A stretch of 64,000 nucleotides of DNA, taken from the NCBI GenBank assembly GCA_023444705.1, contig JAEXMB010000095.1, positions 762-64,761 of the forward strand. The letters are read 5' to 3'. Shown here piece by piece: positions 37,947 to 48,550 of the stretch. A program made the position numbers and the translations under genes. The notes under the pieces are model-generated. The model was not told the DNA's origin and searched no databases. It saw only the letters and a program-made list of their open reading frames with translations. Positions within the stretch are counted from its first letter, which is position 1. Every line of letters begins with the position of its first letter. The stretch comes from Pseudomonadota bacterium. Its GTDB lineage: Bacteria; Pseudomonadota; Alphaproteobacteria; Micavibrionales; UBA2020.

Positions 37947-39188
37947 TTAGCCGACAACCACCAAAACATGTTTTTTCTTGCCGGCGGAAAGCTTGATTTC
38001 GCCGTTGACGAGGTGCGCCGTTGTGACGGGCATGTTGTCGTTGTCGATTTTCTCGTCATTGATGCGCGCACCGCCACCCGCGATCAGGCGGCGTGCCTCG
38101 CTGCCCGAGGCGGCAAGCCCCGCATCCTTGAACAGCGCATAAGCGGCAATACCCGCCGTCAGCGCGTCGATGCCTACAACATAGCGCGGCAAGCCGTCGG
38201 CGTTCGCGCCTTCTTCAAACGTCTTGCGGGCAGTTTCGGCGGCGGCCTCGGCACTGGCGCGGCCACGCACAAGCGCGGTGGCTTCGAGCGCGAGAATCTT
38301 TTTGGCTTCGTTGATCTCGCTGCCTTTGAGCTTTTCAAGTTTTTCGATCTCATTGATCGGCATCTCGGTAAAGATGCGCAGGAAGCGGCCCACATCGCCG
38401 TCCTCGGTATTGCGCCAGTATTGGTAGAAGTCGTAGGAACTGAGTTTTTCTTCCTTGAGCCAGACAGCGCCGCCCTCGGTCTTGCCCATCTTTTTGCCCG
38501 AGGCGGTGGTCAGCAGGGGGGCGGTGAGGCCAAAGATTTCCTTTTGCTCGATGCGGCGCGCAAGCTCCACCCCCTGAATGATGTTGCCCCACTGGTCTGA
38601 TCCCGACATCTGCAGGCGGCAGTTGCGGGTGCGCAACAGGTGCAGGTAGTCGTAACCCTGCAGGATCATGTAGTTGAATTCAAGGAAGCTCATCGACTGT
38701 TCGCGGTCAAGACGTTGCTTGACGCTATCCATCGACAGCATACGGTTCATCGAAAAATGCGTGCCGTAGTCGCGCAGGAAGTCGATGTAGTTGATGTTGC
38801 GTAGCCAGTCGGCATTATTGACGATTTCGATCGGGTCTTTTTCAAGGCCGCTGTTGAGAATTTTTCCCAGCACCGCGCTGATCGACGCGACGTTGCTGGC
38901 GATGGTCTGTTCGGTCATGACGGGGCGGGCGTCGTCCTTGCCCGTCGGGTCGCCGATCATGCCGGTGACACCGCCGACGAGGATGATCGGATTGTGGCCG
39001 CATTTCTTCAGCCAGCGCATCATCAGATAGGGGATGAGGTGACCGACGTGCGGGCTGTCGCCGGTGGGGTCGATGCCGCAATAGGCGGTGACGCGCTCGG
39101 ACGTCAGCAACGCATCCAATCCTTCCAGATTGGTGCATTGGTGGATGAACCCACGTTCTTGCATGATATTAAGGAATTCCGAGCGCAT
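37947..39188 (-). CDS. tyrS: Tyrosine--tRNA ligase
   Basis: HIGH motif (SPHVGHL), KMSKS motif (KKMGKT), and a C-terminal S4-like domain. I chose the start MRSEFLNIMQERGF at 39188. Confidence 0.95.
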   Translation of the reverse strand: MRSEFLNIMQERGFIHQCTNLEGLDALLTSERVTAYCGIDPTGDSPHVGHLIPYLMMRWLKKCGHNPIILVGGVTGMIGDPTGKDDARPVMTEQTIASNVASISAVLGKILNSGLEKDPIEIVNNADWLRNINYIDFLRDYGTHFSMNRMLSMDSVKQRLDREQSMSFLEFNYMILQGYDYLHLLRTRNCRLQMSGSDQWGNIIQGVELARRIEQKEIFGLTAPLLTTASGKKMGKTEGGAVWLKEEKLSSYDFYQYWRNTEDGDVGRFLRIFTEMPINEIEKLEKLKGSEINEAKKILALEATALVRGRASAEAAAETARKTFEEGANADGLPRYVVGIDALTAGIAAYALFKDAGLAASGSEARRLIAGGGARINDEKIDNDNMPVTTAHLVNGEIKLSAGKKKHVLVVVG

Positions 39189-39294
39189 GTCAGGCGGCCT
39201 CCGTCTTGGCCTTGGTGATGAAATCGGCTTATAATATACAGAGATGCCCACCCCCTGCCAAGGCGTGTTCCCGCGCCCCAAAAGGAGCTTTTTC

Positions 39295-40374
39295 ATGAAG
39301 ACCTTACGCGCCATCGGCCTGATGAGCGGTACCTCGCTGGACGGCGTGGACGCAGCCTTGCTCGATACCGACGGCGAGGGTTTTATCAAGCCGCTTGGCT
39401 GGGTGCATATCCCCTATGACGCGGACCTGCGCGAGCGCACCCGCGCGCTGTTCAACCGCGAACCTGACGCTGCCGTCGCGCGCGAGCTTACCCTTGTCAA
39501 TGCGCAGGCGGTCAAGGCGCTGCTGGAAAAATACGCCCTGTCGCCGGCGGATATCGATGTGATCGGCTATCACGGGCAGACCATCGCCCACGCCCCCGAA
39601 CGCCGCTATACCTGCCAGCTTGGCGATGGCCCGCTGCTGGCAGAGATGACGGGCATCGACGTCGTCAACGACCTGCGCCTGGCGGATGTGAAAGCGGGCG
39701 GGCAGGGGGCACCGCTGGTGCCTGTCTATCATCAGGCAATGGCGGCAGAGATGGAAAAACCCGTTGCCATCCTCAATATCGGCGGTGTCGCCAACGCGAC
39801 CTATATCGGTGCCAATGGCGAGCTGATCGCTTTTGACGTCGGGCCCGGCAACGCGTTGCTCGACGACTGGATGATGAAACATACCGACAGCCGCTACGAT
39901 CAGGACGGCGCCACCGCCGCGCGCGGAACGGTGAACGAGGCCGCGCTGGCGCAACTGCTGGCGGATGACTATTTCAGCCGGCCCGCGCCCAAGTCGCTCG
40001 ACCGTAATCATTTCTCGGTTGCGCCGCTGGAAGGACTGCCGCTGGAAGACGGTGCGGCAACCCTGGCGGCGTTTACGGTTGCGGGTGTGGCGCAATCGCT
40101 GGCGCATTTCCCCGCAGCGCCCAGGCAATGGCTGGTTGCGGGCGGTGGCCGCTACAATAAATTCTTCATGCAAAAGATGGCCGAAAAACTGGGGGTCCCG
40201 GTGTCGGACATCCACGCGTTCGGCTTTAACGGAGACGCGACCGAGGCCGAGGCCTGGGCCTACCTTGCCGTGCGCAGCCTGAAAGGCTTGCCCATTACCT
40301 TCCCGCTGACCACGGGCATCGAAGCACCAATGACGGGCGGGGTGCTGCATCAGGCCAGCACACGTGCTGCCTGA
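39295..40374 (+). CDS. anmK: Anhydro-N-acetylmuramic acid kinase
   Basis: GLMSGTSLDGVDAALL..., NIGGVAN, and similarity across the whole family. AAAGGAG precedes the ATG at 39295. Confidence 0.9.
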   Translation: MKTLRAIGLMSGTSLDGVDAALLDTDGEGFIKPLGWVHIPYDADLRERTRALFNREPDAAVARELTLVNAQAVKALLEKYALSPADIDVIGYHGQTIAHAPERRYTCQLGDGPLLAEMTGIDVVNDLRLADVKAGGQGAPLVPVYHQAMAAEMEKPVAILNIGGVANATYIGANGELIAFDVGPGNALLDDWMMKHTDSRYDQDGATAARGTVNEAALAQLLADDYFSRPAPKSLDRNHFSVAPLEGLPLEDGAATLAAFTVAGVAQSLAHFPAAPRQWLVAGGGRYNKFFMQKMAEKLGVPVSDIHAFGFNGDATEAEAWAYLAVRSLKGLPITFPLTTGIEAPMTGGVLHQASTRAA

Positions 40375-41369
40375 TGGAACTGATTGATACCACCGATGAC
40401 GGCATTGCCCGCGCCGCCGCCCATATGCGGGCAGGCGGCCTTTGCGCGTTGCCGACGGAAACCGTTTATGGTCTTGGCGCTGACGCCACCAATGACACGG
40501 CGGTGGCGCGTATTTTTGCCGCCAAGGGCAGGCCGCAGATCAATCCGGTCATCGTGCATTACCTCAACGTGCGCGATATGGCTGACGATGTTATGCTGCC
40601 GCCCGTCGCGCTTGAGCTTGCCTCGATCTTCTGGCCGGGTCCGCTGACGCTGATCCTGCCGCGCAAGGAAGGCTCACGCCTGTCTCTGCTGACCTCGGCG
40701 GGATTGCCGACACAGGGTGTGCGCTGTCCCGATCATCCTGTCGCGCGCAAGCTGCTGGCGGCGCTTGGCAAGCCGATAGCAGCGCCCAGTGCCAATGCCT
40801 CGGGCACGATGTCGCCCACCACGCCCCAGCATGTCATCAATAGTCTTGGCGATGCGGCAGAGATGGTGCTGGCGGGTGGCAAGGCGCGGGTGGGGCTTGA
40901 ATCAACCGTGGTCGACGTGACGGGCGAACGCCCCGTGATGCTGCGACCCGGGGCCGTGACGGTCGAGGATATCGAGCAAGCCCTTGGCATTAAAATCGAT
41001 GTCGAAATCGAAGCGGTCGATGACAGGCCGAAATCGCCCGGGCAGTTGCTCAAACACTATGCCCCCGATACGCCGCTGCGCCTGCGCGCGGTTGACGTCA
41101 AAAAAGACGAGGCGTTGTTGGCCTTCGGCAGCCTGAAATTCATGGGGGTTGAGGGCGGCGGTTTTGCGCGTGATCTGCCCATGCACCTGCGCCCAAATCT
41201 CAGCGAAAGCGGTGATTTGACCGAAGCGGCGGCGAACTTGTTCGCCATGCTCCATCAGTTGGACCAGCAGGGGGTGGCGCGCATTGCGGTGATGGATATT
41301 CCCAACGTCGGCCTTGGCATGGCAATCAATGACCGCCTCAAGCGTGCGGCCGGTGCGCAGGCCCTGTAA
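40374..41369 (+). CDS. L-threonylcarbamoyladenylate synthase (Sua5/YwlC type, with a Sua5 C-terminal domain)
   Basis: ALPTETVYGLGADATN, IFAAKGRPQINPVIVH and SANASG motifs. The start overlaps the anmK stop (TGATG). Confidence 0.9.
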   Translation: MELIDTTDDGIARAAAHMRAGGLCALPTETVYGLGADATNDTAVARIFAAKGRPQINPVIVHYLNVRDMADDVMLPPVALELASIFWPGPLTLILPRKEGSRLSLLTSAGLPTQGVRCPDHPVARKLLAALGKPIAAPSANASGTMSPTTPQHVINSLGDAAEMVLAGGKARVGLESTVVDVTGERPVMLRPGAVTVEDIEQALGIKIDVEIEAVDDRPKSPGQLLKHYAPDTPLRLRAVDVKKDEALLAFGSLKFMGVEGGGFARDLPMHLRPNLSESGDLTEAAANLFAMLHQLDQQGVARIAVMDIPNVGLGMAINDRLKRAAGAQAL

Positions 41370-41388
41370 ATTCAAAATCGCGCAAGGC

Positions 41389-42258
41389 TTATAACTTCAG
41401 CGCCGCCAGTTTAAAGGCCGGAAAGAACGCGCCGAGTTGATCCAGCACGTCTTTGAGTGCAGAAAGATCGGCGTGGTCCATCGGGCTGACGGCCTCGTTA
41501 TAATCAAGTTTGCCGTCATTGTTTTTATCGTGTGCCGCTATGATGTCATCGGCAAGGCCCGCCACCTCTTTGGCGCGGGTGGCAACGGCATCGATGGCTG
41601 CCGCATCAAGCACATGATGTTCGGCCAACGCGCCCAGCAAGGTGGCGCTGGCCAGACCGAGCTTGATTTCCACCAGCGACAAGGCTGCGTCGTTGTTATC
41701 GTCCATCGCCTTGAACAACACGCGCGCGCAATCTTGGGACAGGTTGCGCGGTGCCGTGGTGCTGGCGTCACCGCTGATGGCGCAGGCCTCGTCGATGCGG
41801 TCGATGTAGCGCATCACGCGCTGCAACGGTTTCGGAATGACAGCCGGGGTGTCGGGGCAATTGGTATAGTCCAGCGGCTGGTCGAGCGTCAGGCTCTCCC
41901 ATTCCATGTTTTTGCCCGTCTGCGCGGGCAGGCCGGTGCGCAGCACGCCGTCTTCCTGCCGCATGACGGCGGTGGTCGTACCGTCAAGGGCGAGAATCAG
42001 GTGGTCGGCCCCCGTGCCGCGGCGCACGTAGCGCCCCAGTTCCAGCCGGTCGGGGGCGGATTTTAGGTAAAAATGGCGGGTGAAACTCAGCGCTTCCTGC
42101 GTATTGGCGCAATCGGGTGCTGCCCAATGGCCCGCGATCTCGCTTTTGGCCCCTGTCTTCGCTTGAGATTCCACGGCATTGACGCTACAAATAGCGGCAA
42201 TAAGTAAAACACCCCCCAAGAGCTTAACACACTTCAGCGAAGCAGATTTCACGCGCAT
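41389..42258 (-). CDS. Secreted hypothetical protein with two EF-hand calcium-binding loops
   Basis: Signal peptide [31 protein letters not shown]. It has a canonical 12-residue loop [12 protein letters not shown] (nt 41494-41529) and a second loop [12 protein letters not shown] (41668-41703). Confidence 0.65.
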   Translation of the reverse strand: MRVKSASLKCVKLLGGVLLIAAICSVNAVESQAKTGAKSEIAGHWAAPDCANTQEALSFTRHFYLKSAPDRLELGRYVRRGTGADHLILALDGTTTAVMRQEDGVLRTGLPAQTGKNMEWESLTLDQPLDYTNCPDTPAVIPKPLQRVMRYIDRIDEACAISGDASTTAPRNLSQDCARVLFKAMDDNNDAALSLVEIKLGLASATLLGALAEHHVLDAAAIDAVATRAKEVAGLADDIIAAHDKNNDGKLDYNEAVSPMDHADLSALKDVLDQLGAFFPAFKLAALKL

Positions 42259-42259
42259 C

Positions 42260-44065
42260 ATGACCGACCAAAAACACATCCGGAATTTCTCGATTATTGC
42301 CCACATCGACCACGGCAAGTCAACCCTTGCCGACCGTCTCATCCAGACATGCGGCGGGGTAGAGTTGCGCGAGATGAAAGAGCAGATGCTCGACAACATG
42401 GAGATCGAGCGCGAGCGCGGCATCACCATCAAGGCGCAGACCGTGCGCCTGAGCTACAAAGCCAAAAACGGCGAGACGTATCAGCTGAACCTGATGGACA
42501 CGCCGGGCCACGTCGACTTCGCGTATGAGGTCAGCCGCTCGCTCGCCGCCTGCGAAGGCGCGTTGCTGGTCGTCGACGCCTCGCAGGGGGTGGAGGCGCA
42601 GACGCTTGCCAACGTCTATCAGGCGCTCGACAACAATCTTGAAATCGTGCCGGTCATCAACAAGATCGACCTGCCCGCCGCCGACGTCGACCGCGTCAAG
42701 CAACAGATCGAAGACGTGATCGGCATCGACGCATCCGACGCCATCCCGACCTCGGCCAAATCGGGCATCGGCATCGAAGACCTGCTCGAAGGCATCGTGC
42801 ATCGCCTGCCGTCGCCCAAGGGTGATCCGGCGGCACCGCTGAAGGCCCTGCTGGTCGACAGCTGGTACGACCCATACCTGGGCGTCGTCATTCTGGTGCG
42901 CGTCTTCGAAGGCACCGTAAAGGTCAAAGACAAACTGCGTTTCATGAGTACCGGCGCGGCTTACGAGGCCGACCGTGTGGGGGTCTTTACGCCAAAGCAC
43001 GTGATGACGGGCGAGCTGAAGCCCGGAGAGATGGGCTTTATCACCTGCGGCATCAAAACCATTACCGAGACCAAGATCGGCGATACCATCACGCTCGACC
43101 GCACGCCGACCGCGCAGATGCTGGCAGGCTTCAAGCCATCGGTGCCGATGGTATTTTGCTCCCTGTTTCCTGTCGACAGCAGCGAATTTGAAAAACTGCG
43201 CGAGAGCATCGGCAAGCTGGCGCTCAACGACGCATCGCTGCATTACGAGGCCGAAAGCTCTAATGCCCTTGGCATGGGGTTCCGCTGCGGCTTCCTTGGC
43301 CTGTTGCACCTTGAAATCATTCAGGAGCGACTGAGCCGCGAATTCAACCTCGAGCTGATCCCGACGGCGCCTTCGGTGGTCTATAAAATCCATCTCACCA
43401 ACAATACCGAGATGGAACTTTACAACCCCGCCGACATGCCCGACGTGGTGCGCATCAAGACAATCGAAGAACCGTGGATCAAAGCCACTATCATGGTGCC
43501 CGACGAATACCTCGGCGGTATTTTGCAACTGTGTCAGGAACGCCGTGGCGTGCAAAAAGAACTGACCTGGGTGGGCAGCCGCGCGATGGCGGTTTACCGC
43601 CTGCCGCTCAACGAGGTGGTGTTCGATTTTTACGACCGCCTCAAGTCGATCAGCCGCGGTTACGCCAGTATGGATTACGTGCTGGATGGTTTCGAGGAAG
43701 GCGACCTTGTGCGCCTGAACATCCTCGTCAACCAGGAGCCGCTTGACGCGCTGTCGATGATCGTCCACCGCAGTCAGGCCGAGCGCCGCGGCCGCCAGTT
43801 GTGCGAGCGCCTCAAAGACCTCATTCCGCGCCAGATGTTCAAGATCGCCATTCAGGCCACTATCGGCGGCAAGGTTGTTGCGCGCGAGGATGTCTCGGCG
43901 CTGCGCAAGGACGTGACCGCGAAGTGCTACGGCGGCGACATCAGCCGCAAGCGCAAACTGCTCGACAAGCAAAAAGAGGGCAAGAAGAAGATGCGCCAGT
44001 ATGGCAACGTCGAAATTCCGCAGTCGGCGTTTATCTCGGCCCTGCGCATGGATGACGGCAAGTAA
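42260..44065 (+). CDS. lepA: Elongation factor 4
   Basis: [34 protein letters not shown], and the LepA-specific C-terminal domain. I chose the start MTDQKH at 42260. Confidence 0.95.
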   Translation: MTDQKHIRNFSIIAHIDHGKSTLADRLIQTCGGVELREMKEQMLDNMEIERERGITIKAQTVRLSYKAKNGETYQLNLMDTPGHVDFAYEVSRSLAACEGALLVVDASQGVEAQTLANVYQALDNNLEIVPVINKIDLPAADVDRVKQQIEDVIGIDASDAIPTSAKSGIGIEDLLEGIVHRLPSPKGDPAAPLKALLVDSWYDPYLGVVILVRVFEGTVKVKDKLRFMSTGAAYEADRVGVFTPKHVMTGELKPGEMGFITCGIKTITETKIGDTITLDRTPTAQMLAGFKPSVPMVFCSLFPVDSSEFEKLRESIGKLALNDASLHYEAESSNALGMGFRCGFLGLLHLEIIQERLSREFNLELIPTAPSVVYKIHLTNNTEMELYNPADMPDVVRIKTIEEPWIKATIMVPDEYLGGILQLCQERRGVQKELTWVGSRAMAVYRLPLNEVVFDFYDRLKSISRGYASMDYVLDGFEEGDLVRLNILVNQEPLDALSMIVHRSQAERRGRQLCERLKDLIPRQMFKIAIQATIGGKVVAREDVSALRKDVTAKCYGGDISRKRKLLDKQKEGKKKMRQYGNVEIPQSAFISALRMDDGK

Positions 44066-44650
44066 TCAGAAAAACGCTGTCGCGCCTTTGGACAGCAGGA
44101 ACGCATAAGCGGCGAGGATGGAACGCACATCCTCGAGCGCGTTGTGTTCTGCCACCGTATGCGTGATCGCCGCCCCCACGGTACGTGCCAGCGCCCCTGA
44201 ATTGACGCCTTTTTTAACGCCATAGGGCGCGCCGTGTTCCATGAACCACGGGCCGATGTCGCGCGTGTTGAAATCCGCTTCACCGCAGGCCATGCCGTTC
44301 CAGCACATATTCTCGCGGATCACGCCGGCGTCGTTGCCGTAGGCGGCGGCTTCGTCACGGCCGATGAAGGCACGGAATTGCGCCAGCGCATCGGTGAAAC
44401 CGAGCCCCTGCGCGTCGATTGCGCCCTGCGTGATGCCTGTCAGTTGCGTGAAGTAGTCCGACACCACGGGGTTTTTGACCGGTTTCACCAGCACGTCAAA
44501 GGATGCCAGTGGCTGCAATGTGGCGGCATCGACGCGCATGGCGCCGATTTGCACGACCTCGCGGAACTCGTTGGGGCCAGACCAGCGTCGTTCAAGCGCA
44601 CCGGCCCATGTGGTGAACTCGGTGTCGTAGAGGACGAAGCTGGCCGTCAT
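44066..44650 (-). CDS. DEDDh-family 3'-5' exonuclease domain protein
   Basis: Exo I YDTEFT and Exo III HNALEDV motifs, 194 aa. It abuts the lepA stop with no spacer. Confidence 0.75.
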   Translation of the reverse strand: MTASFVLYDTEFTTWAGALERRWSGPNEFREVVQIGAMRVDAATLQPLASFDVLVKPVKNPVVSDYFTQLTGITQGAIDAQGLGFTDALAQFRAFIGRDEAAAYGNDAGVIRENMCWNGMACGEADFNTRDIGPWFMEHGAPYGVKKGVNSGALARTVGAAITHTVAEHNALEDVRSILAAYAFLLSKGATAFF

Positions 44651-44658
44651 GTCTGCCC

Positions 44659-46908
44659 TTAGCGTTTGCGGTTGGCCTGAATTTTGACTTTGGATGGTTG
44701 CAGGCTTGCCTTATACGCGTTCTGGTCGATGGGGCCAAGGGTTCTTTCAAGGAAGGCATAAACCGCCGCCGTGCTTTGGAAGCGCAGCTTGAGGCTGCCG
44801 CCGCCGCCATGCCCGCCGCCCGCCGCAACGTTGAGGACCGTGACCGATCCACGGTCTTCGCGCGCCTGCAACAGCGCTGCCATTTTATAGCTGTGCCACG
44901 GCAGGACGCGGTCGTCATTGGCGTCGGTATCGATCAGGATCGGCGGGTGCTTGAAGCCTTTTCTGACGTTGTGGTACGGCGAGTATTTGGCGGCGGTGTT
45001 GAAGTCTGCCTTGACGTCGGGATCGCCGTAGTCGCCCTTCCAGCCAAAGCCGTAGTAGGAGCCGATGTGAAAGCGGTTCATATCGGTCACGGGAACTTCC
45101 GAGACGATGGCGCCGAACAGCTCGGGGCGTTGCAGGCCAGTGGCCAGCGTCAACAGGCCGCCATTGCTGCCGCCCTTGATGGCCAGACGCTTGGTGCTGG
45201 TATATTTGTTGTCGATCAGATGCTCCGCACAGGCGGCGAAGTCGTCAAAGACGTTTTGCTTGTTGTGACGGCGGCCCTGATCGTACCACTGCTGGCCGAA
45301 TTCGCCCCCACCGCGCAGGTTGGCCTGCACATACACACCGCCCGCGCGCACCCAGCGTGCGATACCGGCGGAAAACGCGGGTTCCAGCGCGACGTTAAAG
45401 CCGCCGTAGCCGTAAAGAATGGTGGCGGCCGTGCCGTCGAGCTTGGTATCGGGGTGGCGGATGACGGTCATCGGCACCTTGGTGCCGTCCTTGGACGTCG
45501 CATGGATGCGCTCGACAATGCAATCCTTGAGGTTGATCGGGCGGCGGCTGGCGCGGTATTCGGCCAGCGTATTGGTGGCGCTGTCGTATTTATAAATCGC
45601 GCCGTCTTCCTGAAAGCCGCTGAGCGAGACAAGACAGGTGGCATCATCCTGACGCATCTGGCCAAAGCTGATGGTGGTCATCGGCGGCAGGGGCATTTCG
45701 CCCTGTGCTTTGCCGTCTTTGTCGAACATGCAAATTTTGTCGGCGGTATCGTGGGCGTAATTGGCAAACAGCTTGCCCTGCCACGTCCACACGCTGTTGA
45801 GCAGATCGGTCGGATGTTCGCCGATCACGGTTTCCCAGTTTTCGGGGTGGGGGTTGGCGGGGTCAAAGCGCACCAGTTTCTTGCGCGAAGCACCCTGCGT
45901 GGTCAGGGCATAGATCTTGCCGTCTATTTCGGCAATAGGCGACAGTGTGCCGTTGCCGTAGGGGAAAACCTCGGTGAAGGCGTCGGTGCTGCCAATCTTG
46001 CGCATCAGCAGCCGGTTGGTGGTGTAGTCAAGCTGCGATTCATAAATCCACTCGTAACTGCCGTCTTCCTTGCTCATATCGCGCTTGAGCTTGAAGAAGC
46101 TGACGCGTGTCTCCGGCGTGGCTGGGCTGTAGACGACTTCGTCGGCGGCGATGTCGCTGCCCATGACGTGGCGCAGGACCTCAAAGCTTTTTTCAATGCC
46201 TTCAACGGGGCGGTTGTAGGTAAAGCTGTTGCCATCGGGCGCCCATTTGATGCCATCGCGCCATGAACGCGTGGCAGGGTAGGTGATGGGCAGATGTTCG
46301 CCCGTGGCGACATCCATGAAGTGGACGGTGTTCTCGTCGCTGCCCGCAACGCTGAGGGTATAGGCAAGGATCTTGGCGTCCTTGTTGAAATGGATGCCGC
46401 TGATGTCGGTCTTGCCGGTGGGGTCGATTTTCAGCGGGTCGAGCAACAGGCGGGCGGGCGCGTCGTAATCGGGGCTGTCCTTGAGGAACAATGACCAGCG
46501 GTCGGCACCTTCCTCGCGGCGCCAGCAGCTGTAAAGATCCTTGGCGATATAGGACGGCATGCTTTCGGCCATGCCTTTGGGCATGCTGTTGATCATGAAG
46601 TCGATCGTGCTGTCGTAAAAACCCTGCGACGCCTTGACGAAATCGGCAAAGCGCGCGTTCTGGCGTGCGACCCACGCCGTGGTGTCGGCGGATTTCAAAT
46701 CCTCAAGCGGGCGGAAAGGATCGGAAACGCGCGTGCCGTGAAGGTTTTCGACCAGAGTATTGTCGATGGGCGCATCAAGCGCGCGTTTGCGCTCTGCCGC
46801 GTTGATTTTGTATTCAAACGAGCGGTTGTCGTTGCCTGCGGCGGCGAAATCCTTGCGTGTCTTGGTGCGGCGGCTGGCGGTGATCTTGACTTTGGTGCGC
46901 TTGCTCAT
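44659..46908 (-). CDS. Prolyl oligopeptidase family (S9A) serine peptidase
   Basis: N-terminal beta-propeller region plus a catalytic domain with GGSNGGLL (nucleophile Ser) and C-terminal D/H motifs. The overall PEP-like length is 749 aa. Confidence 0.9.
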   Translation of the reverse strand: MSKRTKVKITASRRTKTRKDFAAAGNDNRSFEYKINAAERKRALDAPIDNTLVENLHGTRVSDPFRPLEDLKSADTTAWVARQNARFADFVKASQGFYDSTIDFMINSMPKGMAESMPSYIAKDLYSCWRREEGADRWSLFLKDSPDYDAPARLLLDPLKIDPTGKTDISGIHFNKDAKILAYTLSVAGSDENTVHFMDVATGEHLPITYPATRSWRDGIKWAPDGNSFTYNRPVEGIEKSFEVLRHVMGSDIAADEVVYSPATPETRVSFFKLKRDMSKEDGSYEWIYESQLDYTTNRLLMRKIGSTDAFTEVFPYGNGTLSPIAEIDGKIYALTTQGASRKKLVRFDPANPHPENWETVIGEHPTDLLNSVWTWQGKLFANYAHDTADKICMFDKDGKAQGEMPLPPMTTISFGQMRQDDATCLVSLSGFQEDGAIYKYDSATNTLAEYRASRRPINLKDCIVERIHATSKDGTKVPMTVIRHPDTKLDGTAATILYGYGGFNVALEPAFSAGIARWVRAGGVYVQANLRGGGEFGQQWYDQGRRHNKQNVFDDFAACAEHLIDNKYTSTKRLAIKGGSNGGLLTLATGLQRPELFGAIVSEVPVTDMNRFHIGSYYGFGWKGDYGDPDVKADFNTAAKYSPYHNVRKGFKHPPILIDTDANDDRVLPWHSYKMAALLQAREDRGSVTVLNVAAGGGHGGGGSLKLRFQSTAAVYAFLERTLGPIDQNAYKASLQPSKVKIQANRKR

Positions 46909-46968
46909 GGGGGCGGCTCCGGTAAGGAAGAAAAGAGGGAATGCCCATTGTTAACGAATTATTAATAA

Positions 46969-46997
46969 TATGTCAATTCATTTTTTGACATAATAAT
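46969..46997. repeat. Inverted repeat TATGTCAA-n8-TTGACATA containing the second copy of TTTGACATAATAAT (46984-46997)
   Basis: Read directly in the AT-rich spacer between pgi (3' end) and the prolyl oligopeptidase start. Confidence 0.5.
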
Positions 46998-47041
46998 TTA
47001 AAGGCGCAAAGGATATTGTTATTTAATTTCAATGGTAAAGG

Positions 47042-48550
47042 TCAGGCGCGAGGGCCAAGGATATGGCGCATGAGGCCCGTGGTGGAGCCGTCATGGCCAT
47101 CCACAGTGCCGCTGGCAAGTTCGTCACCGATGCGCGCCGCCATGACTTTGCCAAGTTCGACACCGAACTGGTCAAAGCTGTTGATGTCCCAGATCACGCC
47201 CTGCACGAAGATCTTGTGTTCGTAGAGCGCCATCAGCTGGCCGAAGTGATAAGGCGTTAGTGCATCGAGCAAGATCGTGACGCTCGGGCGGTTACCGGTA
47301 AAGTTCTTGTGCGGCTCGGCCATGTTGGTGCGGCCCTGCATCAGGCTTTCGCTTTGCGCCAGCAGGTTCGCCAGCAACATGCGCTGTTGCTCTGCCGTGC
47401 CGCCGGTGGCAGTGACGCAACCGATAAATTCAACAGGCACGGTGTCGGGCGACTGGTGCAGCCATTGAAAGAAGGTATGCTGGCTGTCCGTACCGGGCTC
47501 GCCAAAGACGATGGGGCCGGTCTTGGTGCTGACAGGCGTGCCGTCATGCGTCACGGCCTTGCCGTTGCTTTCCATGTCGAGCTGCTGTAGCCATGCGGGC
47601 AGGCGCGCCAGCGCGCTGTGATAAGGAATGACGGCAAGCGCCGGATAGTTGCAGTGATTGCGGTGCCAGATCCCCGCGAGCGCCAGCAAGACCGGCAGGT
47701 TGTCGCGCAGCGGGGTATGGCGGAAATGCGCATCCATCGCCTGTGCGCCAGCAAGCCATGCGTCAAATGCCTCGATACCCGCCGCAAACATGACCGAAAG
47801 ACCGATCGCCGACCACGCGCTGAACCGTCCGCCGACCCAGTCGGCAAAGGGAAAGATATTATCGGGCGCGATGCCAAAGGCTGCGACCTTGTCGGGTTGC
47901 GTCGACAGGGCCACGAAATGCGCGGCGATGGCGGCTTCGTCGCCTTTATAGTGGTCGATGACATGCTGGCGCGCGGTGCGCGCGTTGAGCATGGTTTCCG
48001 GCGTGGTGAAGCTTTTGGATGCGATGATGAACAGCGTTTCTTCAGGATTAACCGCCGCCAGCACGCGGGCAAGATCGCTGCCCTCGACATTGCTGACGAA
48101 GGATACGGGCATAAAAGGCGTGCCTTGCGCCGTGAGCGCCTGTGCGGCCAGTTGCGGCCCTGCATGCGAGCCACCGATGCCGATGTTGACGATATGGCGG
48201 ATTTTCTTGCCGCTGTAACCTGTGTGCGTACCGCCGGCGACGGCCGCGACCAGGGCGCGCATGCGGGCCAGCGTCTCGCGTACCTCGGGCGGGGCGGCAT
48301 CGCCCGCACGGCAGGCCGTGTGCAGGACCGCGCGGTCTTCGGTCGTATTAATGTGCTTGCCATCAAACATATCGGCGATGCGCGCAGGCAGGCCGCGCTG
48401 TTGCGCCAGTGCCAACAAGCCCGCGACATCATCATTGGCCATCGACGTCTTGGAAAAATCAAGCAGGATGCCGTCGTGAGAGCGGCTGTAGCGTTCAAAG
48501 CGCGCAGGATCGGCGGCGAACAAATCGGCGATGCGCACTGGCGCGGTCAT
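47042..48550 (-). CDS. pgi: Glucose-6-phosphate isomerase
   Basis: Full-length PGI similarity: GIGGSHAGPQ, SKSFTTPET, FDQFGVELGK. The start overlaps the stop of the upstream M16 gene (ATGA). Confidence 0.95.
   Translation of the reverse strand: MTAPVRIADLFAADPARFERYSRSHDGILLDFSKTSMANDDVAGLLALAQQRGLPARIADMFDGKHINTTEDRAVLHTACRAGDAAPPEVRETLARMRALVAAVAGGTHTGYSGKKIRHIVNIGIGGSHAGPQLAAQALTAQGTPFMPVSFVSNVEGSDLARVLAAVNPEETLFIIASKSFTTPETMLNARTARQHVIDHYKGDEAAIAAHFVALSTQPDKVAAFGIAPDNIFPFADWVGGRFSAWSAIGLSVMFAAGIEAFDAWLAGAQAMDAHFRHTPLRDNLPVLLALAGIWHRNHCNYPALAVIPYHSALARLPAWLQQLDMESNGKAVTHDGTPVSTKTGPIVFGEPGTDSQHTFFQWLHQSPDTVPVEFIGCVTATGGTAEQQRMLLANLLAQSESLMQGRTNMAEPHKNFTGNRPSVTILLDALTPYHFGQLMALYEHKIFVQGVIWDINSFDQFGVELGKVMAARIGDELASGTVDGHDGSTTGLMRHILGPRA

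Noticed and set aside
42320-43972. 550-aa minus-strand ORF
   Set aside because: It is antisense to lepA, whose GTPase motifs are unambiguous.
44698-46266. 522-aa plus-strand ORF, and likewise the 572-aa ORF at 48409-50127
   Set aside because: They are antisense to the prolyl oligopeptidase gene and to the pgi/M16 genes, respectively. Those genes have catalytic motifs.
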